From Sphaeroforma arctica JP610 (Eukaryota), in NCBI RefSeq assembly GCF_001186125.1, contig NW_014039921.1:5584-49126 (forward strand): a stretch of 43,543 bases of DNA, in the 5' to 3' direction. Shown here in pieces: positions 24,150 through 38,079 of the stretch (the first letter of the stretch is position 1; each line of letters opens with the position of its first letter). The notes under the pieces were generated by a model, which was given only the letters and a program-made list of their open reading frames with translations, made no database searches and had not been told where the DNA came from. The translations under genes and the position numbers were made by a program.

Positions 24150-27030
24150 ATGGTACCGGTTTCGATCGACTGAGTGATACTACTTTCGTACGACTCGTTC
24201 ATTTTACTAATGTTTGAGCCATGGCACTGCTTCCATTCGACTTGGTAGAGCAGCTTTGGCTCAATTCAGTATTCGGTGGTGCTAATATCGCTCGACACAC
24301 TAATACTGCCAACGCAAGACTCGGTGGTGTTTATTTCACTCGACATAGGCGGTGCTACTACTTCTATTCAACTAAGTAGTGCCATCATCGTTACACCCAT
24401 TAGTAGTACTATTACATAACGCAGTACTTCTACTATAGAATGACTCCTTGGTACTGCTTTCACTCGATATAGTAGTGTTACCATCGCTGAACCCATTGAC
24501 ACTACTATCGCATGACTTAGTGGTACTACTTTCACTCGACTCATTAGTACGAATTTTACCCGACTCGGTAGTACTACTATCTCTAATCGCGTTGGAACTA
24601 CCATCGCATGAGGTAGTTGCAATGCTCTTACTCGTTTTACTAGTATTACTGTCGCTAAACACAAGTATGATTCTATCGTACGACTCGGTAGTACAGAATT
24701 GCTCAGTGCCTCTGCTTTCACGCGACTCAGAAGTACTTCTGTCACTCGATATATTAGTACTACTATTTATAAACTCGTTGTTACAACTATCACATGACCC
24801 AGGGGTAGTGCTTACATTCGGCTCAGTAGCACTACTATCGCCAAACCCATTGTTACAGCTAGTGCATGACTCGGGGACACTACGGCTCAGTAATACTGGT
24901 TTCACTTGACTCAGTAGCTACGATCGCTAAACATATAGGTATTAGTATCGCATGACTCAGTGGTACTTCTTTCACTCAACTCATTAATACTGCCATCACT
25001 GAACTCACTGATCCTACTGTCGTACGACACAGTGGCAACAGTCCTGCCATTAAACATGACTCGGTAGGGATAATATTATTTATCTCGGTAGTACTCATTT
25101 TACACGACATAGTAAAACTTCTATCGCTAAGCTCATTGTTGGTGCTATCGCATTAAATCAGCGTTACTGTTTCTACTGACCCGATAGTGCTGCTGCTATT
25201 GCGATTTGTATCACTTTCCCATGACTCAATGTTTAATATGACTTTCACTCGTCGCAGGAGTACTACTATTGCTTAACCCATTTAAAAAAGTATCGTTTGG
25301 CTTAGTAGTACTGCCACAGCATGATTCAGGGGCACTTCTTTCACGCGGCTCAGTAGTACTGCTTTTGCTCGACTCAGTAATACTACTAACCCTAAGCGAG
25401 TTATTACTACCATCGCATGATTCATTATTACTGCTTTCACTGGATTCAGTATAATTTATGCTGCTAAACGCATTGGTACTACTACTGTCTGATACCTCAT
25501 CGGTACTGTACGTCTAAAGCATGGCTCAGTGCTACTACTGTCACTCGACTCAGTAGCAGTGCTTCCACTCGCCTCAATAGTCTACGATGGCTAAACGCGT
25601 TGATACTACCCACGGAAAGGTCAGTGGTACTGCTTACATTCGATTCAATAGTACTACTATCGCTAAACCATTGGTACTTTTCTATAGCCTTATTGCTACA
25701 ACTATAGCATGACTCAAAGGTACTGATTTCCCTTCTGAATAAAATTACTATCGCTAGACATTGGTGTTACTATCGTATGACAGTATTTTTTGCTACAGTA
25801 TGACTCAGTGGTACTGATTTCACTTGACTCAGTTGTGATAAATTTGTTCGTAACAATGGTAATACTACCTTAAGCATATATTAGTATCACTATCGTCTGA
25901 CTCAGTAGTACTGCAACAGCATGACTCAGTGATACTAGTTTTACTCGACTCAATAGTAATGCTTTTGCTCGACACAGTAATACTACTATCGCTAAACGCT
26001 TTGGCACTGCATACAGTTGTCTTAGTCGGTATTATCAATTTAATTCGATTTAGTAGGACAACTATCGATATAAACATTAGTACAACTTTCGATCGACTAA
26101 TTGTTACAACTATCGCATGACTCATGAGTACTGCTTTTACTTAACGGTATAGTGGTACTGTCGCTAGACGTACTGGTACTCCTTTCATATGACTCAGTAT
26201 TATTCTACAGTACGACGAAGGAGCAGTGTATTCACTCGACTCAGCCGTATCTCTTCAGCTCGACACAGCAGTACTACTATATTTAACCAATTTGGTACTA
26301 CCAAACAACAGCCAGCGGTGCTGCTTTCATTTGATCCAAAAGTACTACTTTCAATAAACTCTTTGGTACTACTACTATCTCATGGCAAAGTAATACTCTA
26401 CTGCTGCAGCATGGCTGGTTCCGTTTCACTCAATAGTATTGGTAGGACTATCATACGGCTCAGTAGTACTGTTACAGCAAGACTCAGTGATACTACTTTC
26501 ACTTCACTCTGTAGTAATGATTTTACCCGACTCAGTAATGCCACTATCTCTGACTCGGTGGTGCTACCATCATATGATCAGCAGTACTGCTTTCATTCAC
26601 TTTAGCAATATGACTATTGCTAAAAACCATCAGTACTGCTTTCGATCGAGTAATTCTTACAACTATGTCATGGCTCGGTGGTATTGTATCGTTTGATTCA
26701 ATATTATTCTACAGTGTGACTCAGTGGTGCTGCTTTCACTCGACTCAGGTGTACTGATATTTCTCGGAAACAGTAACACTAAACGCGATGGTACTACCAT
26801 CGCACAAGTCAGTGATACTGTTTTCGTTCGATACAGGAGTACTGCTGTCGCTAAACTAATTGTTTCTGCTACTATTTCATGACTTAGTAGTACTGTCTGC
26901 TGCTGCATGGCGTTTTGGTACTGCTTTCACTCGACTGGTAAAGCTGCCTTTACTCGACTCATAAATACCTCTATTGCTAAACTCAAGATAGTACTGCTAT
27001 CGTATCGCATGACACACTGGTATTGCTTTT
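24150..27030 (-). repeat. Degenerate 72-bp (3 x 24-bp) tandem array encoding Ser/Thr/Glu-rich repeats on the - strand
   Basis: Recurring gcatgactc / ctttcactcgactcagtagtact / atcgctaaac modules. The - strand reads approximately ESCDSSTN-EFSDSSTT-ESSESSTT. Many stops and frameshifts; the longest open piece is 24372-24905. Confidence 0.8.
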
Positions 27031-27456
27031 GTGAAAATAGCGGCTTCCTGAAAGTAGAAGCACATGTTCTCGTAAATATGAAATTTTGGAATACGTATAA
27101 CGTTCAGGTAGATATTTGCATTAATCAAAACAACCTAATTTCGAAGATTTGAAGCAAGATTACACTTGAGAGTGTGGAGACTCAATAGAGTCGGGCTTTC
27201 ACGAGCAAAGCCTCAATAACGACGCTTACGACGCGCCGAGTGACGATGGTCAATTCCGTCGTATTTAACAGCAAGAAAATCGATACAACAAATCATACAT
27301 CTCGCTCTCTCTCTCGCTCTCTCTCTCNNNNNNNNNNNNNNNNNNNNACGGTACGTACGGTACGTAACGTTAACCGTTACCGGTTAACGTTTAAACGTTA
27401 AACGTAACGTAAACGAAAAACGTAAACGTAAACGTAACTAAACAAACTAACTACTA

Positions 27457-27460
<4 letters not shown>

Positions 27461-27531
<71 letters not shown>
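27461..27531. repeat. (CT)n microsatellite
   Basis: Read directly from the sequence; a similar tract lies at 27300-27327 before the gap. Confidence 0.95.
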
Positions 27532-27533
<2 letters not shown>

Positions 27534-30500
27534 GACTGACTCGGAGAGCTTGAGTAAAATTATAACAGCAAGACAGTTTCGTTGAGCCTCCTTAGTAAGT
27601 AGGAAAGGTCTTCTTGTCACAAAGGTACTTATGAACAACCGCACGTTTACAACAAAAGCCAGGCAAATATTACGAACCCAAACCCCAGGCACTAAAATCT
27701 TTAAGAGTTTATACTTTATAACTGGTTCAAACTGGTGTCGATATTCAACTTAAATGCGAAGCTTAATAATCAAACGTTCTGTCGTGGGTCGTCAAACTGA
27801 CGTCCACTACAACGCTACGAAGGAATGTAGTCACCCTTGTCAACGACAGACTCCTTCGAGACGACCACAAACATTACGATGTGGTACAGGCCGACACTTC
27901 CGAGTATACACAGGCGCCCTCAAATGTCTTTAGAGTTGAGTTCGAATACAATGGAAACTCGAGGCATCCAGGTTACATAGATTGTGGTCCAGAACCTGAA
28001 AGAATACAAAGAAACCTCGACAATACTATTGACATCTTAGTCACGGTATTCTTCGGATAGACAACGGCGTCGAAGACGGCAACATTCAAAATGAGCAGGG
28101 ATGCAACTGGAGTGCCGAAAAGAATTTATAAAGTACTTCAGCGTTCTACAGAAGACTATATAAGCTACCGGAAATCGACTCATTGATGTTTGCATTTTTG
28201 TATCGTAGTACTTATCAGTCAGTCTGGTTATACCAACTATAACATAGTTGTATGTAAGCGCTGTAATACCATGACAACCGATCTTGCTCATGGGTATCTA
28301 TTTCCCGTCATATGCTGGAAGCTTCGAAGAATATAGCGCGGCTCAGAAAAAAATGTTGTGGTCATGCATGGTCATAAAACTATGTCCTACACTACTGGCG
28401 CCATAGCCCGCTCCGCCATTGGGCTTGCGGCATACACGGGCAGACACACAAGCATGGTTTCCAGCTGCTCCGCGATCACCTTGGCCAGCACCCGAGAAAG
28501 CCACTTCTTCCCGTCCCTTCAATACTTTTGAGATATTTCTGATTGCTTTCGTGCGCATGGGGCTGTCTTAAACCACACGTGTGGCACTTTTCGAACTAGA
28601 TTGCTATCTAAAAATAAGGGCATCCCCGGACCCCTTTATTTGTTCTATTGGTGAGCTATTTGCGAGGACCATCCAGGTTCTTTATAGTTGTCCTGCATAT
28701 GTGTACGACAACTTACAATAGTCTATTACTTTTTTCTTACGCCTAAATTGTATTTTAGTATGTTCGTCTGTGTCCAACGATTATTGGACTCTGTAGGTTT
28801 AAAATGTGCTATAATTTGTAGTTTCTCTAATTCAACTTAAACATGGTAAACTCTACATCTGCAAACTATGATATCCCATGTTTTTATCAGCGTCGCAAAT
28901 ACTGGGAAAAACTTTCCCTTGACCGCGACAATTACGACGACCGGCGTGCTGACCTATACATGGCCGCTACAACCTCTTTTGGTGACTACGACATAAATAA
29001 AATTATACACTTCCGCCTCCTGACGACATTCTCAATGTCGACCTCGCCGCTCCTCGTGGTCGCTCACAATCTTGTAGCGGCATCCCTGGCAACATTCAAA
29101 ATCACATCCCTGGCCGTGACTACACAGAACTGGAGATAAATAGATTCATTGCGCGCATCAAAAGAAGAAAATTCTATACTCGCGCTCGAGCGATCTTTTT
29201 TAGCTCTCTCTCTCGCGAACTTCGCCTCTCTCTGAAGCCCAAGACACTGCCTCATGACCCCTGAACACTACCGAGCCAGCTGGTAAATCAGTACCGCTAC
29301 AAACACAAGAAAATATCGATATCAATCAACCTTGCTTTTTTCTTCTTTTTCATAGCAATGTGATGAGGATGAAGCCATGCGTGCTTGGTCTCAGCGATGC
29401 TGGCAGATTCGTGATGACACCAAAGACCAAGGCTTCACACTTCCTATACCTTTCATCCAAGACGCGTTTATCTCTGGTCTTGCTCAGTCTAACCAAGACA
29501 AAGCGCGTCGGTTTCTCTTCTCTTCTAGACAACGTGGTACCCAAGACAGTATCCCACTTTTTATTTGTGGCCACTTTGAAAGCTGGCACCAATCTGACCT
29601 TGAATGGCGCATTGTCGAGACCCCAATGACTGCTACTCTCCGCCGTCAAGTTGCCACCCTCCTCGAGCAACGTCAAGCCGAACTTGCATTCTTCAATACC
29701 TTTTCCCCTTACGATGAACGACGACATAAAGAAACCATTATCCGAGCTAAATATTTTGGCCGAGTATCTGGCAAGCCCCAGACCACCTCCCCTCCCCCGA
29801 AACGTCGTTCCAGGGCGATTCAAAACGCATGGTTTATCTACTTGGACCCTACTCATAAGACGCGTATTTACTGCAAATACTGTGAGCATTGTGGTGAGTC
29901 AGGACAAATTAGTCATGCATGTAGTGCTGGTTGCCTCGCCTTCTATAGATATAAATTTCGGGTCATGTAGTTAAAGTTTGTTTCTAGCGCAAGCATAAAT
30001 TTAATTTAACTTGCTCAGTATTCGTGGTTCTTGTTGCAGTTCTTCTTGTATATCATTTGGCACAAAGCACGTCACTTTCAATTGATAGTAGTGCGTCAGT
30101 CAATTTGATCAATAATGTGCTCAACACATTACCCATTAAAGTCTAATATGGCCGTTTCCTTATTCGCTTGACTGATCACAATACACTAGTTATTTATCGC
30201 CGTGTAGACGAAGTACCCTGGGCAGATATTTAGGACCAGACCAGAGGACCGGACTTGAGAGCGAAGTTTAGGACCGGACCAGAGGACCGGACCAGTTGGT
30301 GGAATAGAGAATTTAATATGATAGGAGTGATGACTCGTCCAAAACCATAGATACGGGTACGTAAACAATACATTACCCGATGGGTAGAGAAAGTCTCGTT
30401 CCACATAGGATCGTGATTAATAAATACAGCAGGCGCGCCATTTCTAATGACATTTCTGACTGAGTTCTCTTATTTCTGACTTAACACTCTTTACTAAGCG

Positions 30501-30699
30501 TGGTTTTGGCTATATTTTTAAGTGATCGAACTACTGTATTTATTAAGTTACGTTCTTACAGGCTAAGCTAACTAAAATTGAATAGTTCTGTAGTTTTTTT
30601 GTTACCACGATGCATAAATTTACTACGTGAGCAAGAAGAAAGCCTGTGTTCGATTGTTGGAACGACTACTTGCTGATGAGGTGGAGGCATAATTTTTTT

Positions 30700-31125
30700 A
30701 CTGGATAAAGAAACCAAAGCAGAGGTTCATGCTACGCTGAACCATTTTGGTATCTGAGACTCAACAATCAATTTCTACGTTGGGTAAGGCCATATAGCAT
30801 ATTGAAGGGGTTATCAAGCGGAGCGACAACTTAAGGATGCTGACATATGTACAAAAAGCTAGGTAGATTATCCTGCTAATTCGGTTACTAATTCAAAATT
30901 GCAGGAGTTTCTAATAGAGTGGGTTGACTCGTCTCGAGGCAATGCCACAGTCTGGACGGATGCAGAATATGCGATTGATAGGAGCTCAAGAATTTTTTTT
31001 CAGGCGCCAGCCGAAATCTATAAGTTCCGAACTTAACAACTATGCGAACGGCAAAACTTCATACAATTTGGCCGTCCGGGGCTGACCCAAGACAATTTTC
31101 GAACTCGCGATCTTTACGGTTTTAT
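30700..31125 (+). mobile_element. Possible pogo/Tc5 (CENP-B-like HTH) transposase remnant
   Basis: One frame with stops reads TLNHFGI*DSTINFY ... SKLQEFLIEWVDSSRGNATVWT ... NFRTRDL, resembling the tandem HTH N-terminus of pogo transposases. It lies between the Copia protease and integrase remnants. Confidence 0.4.
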
Positions 31126-34100
31126 AGTAAATTATTTGAATGACAGAACCAACCAACCTAGTACTAGGTTGGTTGATTCAGTCATTCACTTGTTTTACTA
31201 TAGCCGCGGTATGCTTCCCAACCTTCGCCTTAAATATGTATGCTCTGGTCTTGAGGATTCCCTTTTGCTTAAAACAATATGCAAGATAATGATTTCGATA
31301 CAAAATAACCCGCCTGGAAGAACACTCTTCACATCACTCTTTCCGGTACCTAAAATCGAATGTTGCTACTGCCCCTGATTCCAACTTAGCTACCAACTGG
31401 TCTCACTTTGTATATCGCCTGACCCCCTGCCCTGTACTACTACTGCGGGTATACCACTGTCCCCTCCTACTGTCACTCACAGACCTGATATTGGACCCCC
31501 ACCCACGGCGATGTCGTATGATGTATACCACTGTAACAATGCTCATCGTTGTCGTGCGATAGCGAACGTTCCTCCTCCTGGTGTAACAACTGAGAGTTAC
31601 CAGTTTAACCCACAACTATGGTTGAAAGCAATGACCCATCTTGAATGGGAGCCAACCATTGATCAATGTACAACTATGGCAATACTCAGCTTCGTAGCTT
31701 GGTCAGCCCAGATGGCGGTATCCTTGATGACTTTCGTGAGGCCAATCTTTCTTGTTGAGATGGGATATGCGAATCCCAAACGATATTCCCCGTATGAACA
31801 CGCGTGCCGGCAGCAAGCTGGCTCTTGTTGTCCAAGTCCGTCTTTGTGCGAAGTGGTGGTCCATGGTCGTCTTCCGAATCCAAAGCCAACCGTATATAAC
31901 TCGTGATACTGTTACAATATTTCTTTAACATGGCAAGCAATCCATTGTAAGCTTACGTGGATAATTGCTCTTGTTATTCTCATTGTCCCCCTCTACAGGG
32001 CAGTAGTTCCTGCCACTAGCCTCATTGCTGCCATCGCACTTGTCATGTCCCATCCTAAATTCCCTGGGCATTGTTATAAAATATTTCTTTCAGGTAAAAT
32101 ACATCGCAAGCCAGCTCAACACGCAACTTCACACACTGCCTACTGTACTGCAGACCAAATCCACGTAAATCTTCAACGTCCAATGTACAGTCTGAAGATA
32201 GAGTCGGTAACAAATATTTGTTAAATATGGTATATGGTGGTACCCAGTGCTGTTTTCACAACCTTAAGTCCAAGAAGAAGATGCCTAACCATATCAAAGC
32301 CTTCTCGCGCACGTCTCACCAATTTACTAGCCGCACACTCCGTTGCCGATGGCGACTCCGTACTGCAATTAGCCGAGAACCGCGCTATACCCTTGGATCA
32401 AAACATGGCTCTTTCTCCTCCACATACCCGTGCACGATGCCTCAAACTTCATTGTGCGCATATTCCTACCGGACTCTAATTAGCAAACCTCTTCCTTTCT
32501 GGTGACAGGCTCTCGCCTAGGCCCATGTTATGTTAAGGGCTGTTCACGAGAGCTTTCCACTAAATCAATTTAGTGAAATGTAATTTTCGGCCAATCAGAA
32601 CCTTAATTTATTGATATTTCGTTCAACAACAAGGATGAAGGATACCAAAATTTGTTGCTAACCTTCAGCCGAAAGTCGCTAAGGGTTCGTTAAAAATACC
32701 ACTAAAATGCATATTCTATTTTGAATTGAAAAAAAAGTATATTCTATGACCATATTTTTAAAAGCATGTCTCAAGAAATTTTCCATAGCCTCCTAAATAG
32801 TACAATAGGATGCCATGAATTTCCCTGATATGTACGGATTCGATTTTATGCCAATTGGTCCTGGTGAAAATCATTGTATCATATCTCGTATCAAAACGAA
32901 CTGTACAATAAGTTGCTTCAGCAAAGCTTTCCCGTTTAGAACGACCCTAACTCCATCGGATAAATGGCATTTAAACAAGTTTGTACAACGCTTTTTCCGG
33001 GCTCGATACGGCTGTGTTGTGTCTTACCGCATCGAAGATCCTGCCCACAATAGTAGTCACGAATACGATGACCACTGCTACTATGGCGTCTCTTCACGCC
33101 GTGCTGAAAACTGTCCGACAATACAATACACATCATTCAATCTTTTAACAATACTCGGAAACGTACGATTTCTCGCAATTTCAAGTTATTCTCAGATAAA
33201 TGATCACAGTGGTCTGCTGATGGCAAGACCTGACTTTGTTCTACCACCCTCACCACTTACTCTATTTCTGTCGCCTGGCACACGAAAATCTTCCACTGCC
33301 AGTGCCTTGGTACCATTCGTCAAGACAGAATCTCATACATTGCTCCCCTTACCCCTGAATCGCTTCCCACATCCGCTGTACCGACTACACCACCAGTTGC
33401 TCCTGTGCTCGACAGTACTATACGTCCAGCACCCACTCCTATCCCTTCATACACAACTACGGCACCTACGTTAATCTTTATCTACACTAGCCTCTCCGTA
33501 CCACGATATTGAATTCTCCCGAATCTCTGAAATCTGCATTCTTCAAATGTGCCTCTCGCCCTGATGACGCTGATGATCTATCTAGCTCTTCTAAAGTTCT
33601 ACTGACAGCTTTCAATCACTTCCGCCATTCCGCCATTTCCACATGAAAGTCACACCCGCAATTATGAACACATCCCTGATACTGATGATCTACTAGACGC
33701 TCTATCTTACGAGACATGCCGCCATCACACACCAGACCTTGTGCATATTTACGGTGTGAAACACAATCCCTTTAATTTTTTTGTTACATGGATATCAATA
33801 CTCCACATAAAATATGTCCTTTAGGGCAAATTTAACAAAAATGGTGTCCATACTACTTTTAAGGATTGAATGACCGCACAAGGCGACAAGAGGGTGTAAA
33901 TATGATGACTACTACCTGGAGGTCTATGATCCCGCCACCTCCGCCACCAATGAGCAAACACTCATTTACATGCAGCATCTGAGAGTCTTGAAATACACCA
34001 TTTCGATGCTAACACAGCCTTCTTATAGTTTGCTATAGATACTGTTGTCTACATGCTCTCACTTAAAGGTTGTAGTGTTGAGCAATTGGTCTGTACCCTT

Positions 34101-34369
34101 CTGATACGACCTTAATTCTAAAACGTGGTCCCTACGGATTAAAACAGGCCGGTAGGCTGGACCCCGCTGATGAATGCGCCTATATTCACAGCATACGTCA
34201 AGTGACTGTTGTTTTCTATTGTGTTGATGAAGTGTTACCTGCCATCAAGCCTGGATCTGATGGCGCAATCTCTGTCTCATCCAACCACACTCTGGCATCT
34301 TGACCTTGTTCGTGAACACAACCTTATTGACCTTCTCATGTAGTAGCCGGGTCTCCACATTAGACTCTA

Positions 34370-35105
34370 TGTTATAAACGTACTCTTAAGCAGTACGTAA
34401 ACTATTAACGTACTCTTAATAGTACAAGGAACTTAAGTTTCCTAAATTGTTTTTAACGGTTCTATTAATTAATACCTTTTCCATTTTACATATCAGATAT
34501 TTGGACAAGACCATTAAAAGGCCCCAGTAAAATACCAAACATAAGATTTGGTCTAGTTCTATTAATAGAACTATATTTACTTTCCAAATCTATTTATATC
34601 TGAATACTTCGGTAGCGAGATGGCTCAACCGAATATAGGTTTCTAGGGACTATTAGCGTTACCTAGTTTAACCTCAGTTCAGCCATCCAGATGTGCCAGT
34701 CTGATGAAGGCTAAGTCGGTAATTCTTGATAAGTGGCAATTTATTGGTTAATGCACTAACTATGGACATCAAGAGTATTATTCTTTCTATTCTTTTTTTC
34801 TTCTAAAGATAGGATTTTATGAGTCTCTCGGATTCGCCCCAACGAAACATACCATAGTTTCTAATAGAACGACAACGAAACACTAAATAAAATCCCTTCG
34901 GTGAAAACAGTACTGAGAGGATTATATATAGGCAATGTCTCAGCCTCACAATCCCTCAGAGTATTACTGTTTTCACGAGGCATACCTAACTTTAACCAAA
35001 AGACTCATTTCGTTTATTTACTTCGAATTTCACGATACTTAGACTTAACCTAAGCGTTTCGTTGCTCTAAGACGTTAATATCGCCTTGATAGACCGAATC
35101 TTACA
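34370..35105 (+). repeat. Putative 5' LTR (~735 bp)
   Basis: TG...CA ends, AT-rich and non-coding, TATA-like tatatata at 34923-34930, last ~65 bp repeated at the element's 3' end. The left boundary is inferred from where Copia RT similarity stops. Confidence 0.6.
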
Positions 35106-35233
35106 CATTTTAAAGTCAGCAAAGGTATTAACTACTTAGACTACTTGAACGTAAATGTAGATAACTACCACGAAATTTTTCCTAAGCACAGTCATTCCTT
35201 AAGAGAAAAAGACTGAAGTCATAAGTTAGGATT

Positions 35234-37460
35234 ATGGCAAAGAAAGACAATACACCTGCAAAGAAACGCAAGGCTGAACGTAAGAAGATGGAGAGAGAAG
35301 CCGCTAGCGCTGCCGCAGAAGCAACCGCCGCCGCTGCCAATGCGTTTAACCGCACCGTAGTCGAAGCACTTGTCTCCGACAATAATAGTCAACAGGACAA
35401 TGCTTCGGATAAGGATGTAGCCACTCCGATTAAGGAGACTACTCTTACAGACAGAACCCGAAGGCCAACTATCGCTTCAACTTCAAAGCTTGCATTTACG
35501 AAGCCAAGAAGTGAAACAAGGGACATGTCTCAAGACGCCCCAACCAATTCTTCAGACGAAACTCAGAAAGAAAAGTCCGCAATTATAGGGGACAAAGACG
35601 AATCTCAGAAGGTACCTATAACGGAACCAGAAGAGGAGGCAAGCTCAAGTGGCAAACCCGAATCTACGTCCGAGACCACTGGACCAACGCGCATAAGTAA
35701 GTTAATTACTGAAAACACTGATGTTAAGAATCAGTTAGCCGCCCTTATGAAAGACATGACTGTTAAACATGTAGATCGAATGTATAGATCAGGAAAGCAT
35801 ACACAGCACTTACGCGAGCATGTTTCTCCGAGCATTACTGAAGCCCTACAGAAGTGGACAGAACGTCGACAGGCAACTACGCCCGAAAAGCATAAAGGCC
35901 TGAGCGCTAAGCCAGATGTGCTCAGCGTATCTATACCTTACGAGGTACTACCACCATAACTTCAGGCTAATTACTCGCCTGTTCTGACACGTGACCGCGA
36001 GTTACCCGTCGTTGAGCGTATTATAGACCCAGAGGCAGGTAAAAATACTCCGCCACCTTTACCCAACTGGGATGACAATCGTCGGAAACCCGTTAAGACT
36101 GGGTATGTTATCCGGACGCATGAATCTCCCAAGATTATAATACCAACTACTATCCGAGGGACAGAGCACCGAAAGGCCTCGACCATGGACTTTACAAGGG
36201 GTAATAAACACTCCCGTAAACGTATTAACGATGTCAAATTTAATCGCTTCGATTGCACCGCTTTACACCAACTCGCAGAGGATTTCCACTCTGACGAGGT
36301 GACCGAACTTAATAAATCGGTCGACGAATACACCATTAAGATTGAATTCGCCCATGACGAGCTCCGTGCTGATGACGTATCATATTTTGCTAATATGATC
36401 GCGATCAAGCAGAAGCGCATCGATCAACTACTTCAGGCCCAACGTGGACAAGACCACAGGAATAACCATAAGTACAAGGGACAGATCAGTCGACTTAAGT
36501 CGAACTGGGATGCGAACAGCAAGCAGGTCGAGTTTATAAACAACCATGACCTCGACACGCTAACCCGTACGCTCAATGCGTTTACGGTCATGCTGGAGAC
36601 GAATGATATCGCTCCCCAGCAATAGATTTCCGCTTTAATGCAGTAGTTTGACCCTACAGGAACAAGTTACTTGATCCTGCAGCGACACCAGCATGAGCTA
36701 GACACTTGTCGTGACTGGCCAGCTGTGTGTTGGTTGGTTACGTCCTTATTAAGCAAGGACATGTAAAAACCCGGACTGAGTTCAATCTTAACTGAACCAG
36801 TTGAGAATACTTCTATTCAGAGTTATAATTCCGAAACTTGATGCTGACCTTAAACATCCAGATATAACAAAGGACAAGGCACAGCGATGGTACGAGTTCC
36901 TTGTGCATGTTTTCTGTAAGAACATAGGGAACAACGACCGTGAAAGTCTGTACACCGATTTGCGACGTAAATACGCTACTGAGGCTCGAGACAAGGGACA
37001 TGAAACAAAGTTTCATCTATCCCGACTTACGTGGGAACAGTTTTATGATACTGTATCCACTCTTTTCCCCGCACACCGAGTAACCTCGAAGGAAAAGGCG
37101 GTAAATAAGAAACCGCGCGAGCTCACTCATCAAGGATATCTCCCACGCCAGACGTCAGATGATAAACCTCATCAGACACGTCCTAACCAGACACGTGCTC
37201 GCGACTCCACTCAATCAGCGCGATCCATTAAACGGGCACGCGCGGAGGCGAAGGACAAGGAACCTCCATTTAAGGAGATTAAGAAATATGCCGATGCACA
37301 GTGTGGGTATGACATGTACCAATTGACACCTAACGGTTATTGGAATGGCAGACATGCACCCACCTGTACACACTTTCTTACTAAGTGTGACAAGTGTGAG
37401 AAGACCAATGGCTATCACGCCAAGTCTTGTGACAAAAAGCCCGACATTAAGTTGGAGTGA
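35234..37460 (+). pseudogene. gag: Gypsy gag-like ORF, disrupted
   Basis: ORFs 35234-35959 and 36185-36625 share a frame with isolated stops; a frameshift leads to 36801-37460, which ends in the Cys/His cluster HAPTCTH..CDKCEKTNGYHAKSC. Positioned between the LTR and the protease. Confidence 0.7.
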
Positions 37461-37985
37461 AAGTACTACCAGGTACAATCGTTACAAAGGAAATACAACG
37501 ACTCTTTAGACGATCGTGCAATAATACCTGTATATTGCAATGGAAATATAGTCCTTGCATTGGTTGATCCTGGTTCAGAAATTTCATGTATATCCGACCG
37601 CTTTGCATTAATGAAAGATATCGAAAGGAGAACACAAACAACTCACCTCATTTTAGCTGATGATAAAACTGCTAAGTGTGATACCATGGCCACAGATGTT
37701 AAAGTCTCCCTGGTCGATGATAGGAATATCACTACCCAAGTTGTGATAGTTAAGATGTCACAGAAGTACAACATTATAGTCGGAATGAGCGATTTACTCA
37801 CTCTAGGTATAACCGTGACTGGTTTACCAAATAACATAGATCCATTAAAGGATCAATCAGACGATAACTGTCCGAAACCATATAAGCCCCCGTCAGACAC
37901 AGTCAAGGAATTAATACCTGACTTTGCGGACAAAATCATTGATCTGATTCTTAAAGATCACAGATTAGGCAAAATTCCGTTTTAG
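37461..37985 (+). pseudogene. pol: Retropepsin-like aspartic protease domain
   Basis: PVYCNGNIVLALVDPGSEISCIS (D-S/T-G variant DPG) ... YNIIVGMSDL. Confidence 0.85.
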
Positions 37986-38079
37986 TCAGCCTTGACTTAA
38001 TGTCAGCCTTGACTTAACCAAGGTAGACTTTACTAAGCTCAAATGCCCTTCAAGAAACTATATTTCTTGGAGACACGAA

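Noticed and set aside
27348..27460. Odd acgt/taac/aaacgt pattern right after an N gap
   Set aside because: Looks like low-quality flow-order noise at a pyrosequencing read end abutting a gap and a microsatellite; probably not biological.
27700..28560. Coding-like composition upstream of the Copia gag
   Set aside because: Frequent stops in the frames inspected and no motif I could assign.
29350..29889. 179-aa minus-strand ORF, and similarly 35971-36420
   Set aside because: Antisense shadows of gag-like ORFs with no motifs.
34701..34725. Hammerhead-ribozyme-like ctgatga-aggc-taa-gtc in the LTR
   Set aside because: The required GAAA after stem II is absent (ggtaa), and no convincing stems I and III were found.
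37985..38017. 16-bp tandem duplication gtcagccttgacttaa between protease and RT
   Set aside because: Most likely a copy-specific repair or slippage scar rather than a functional signal.
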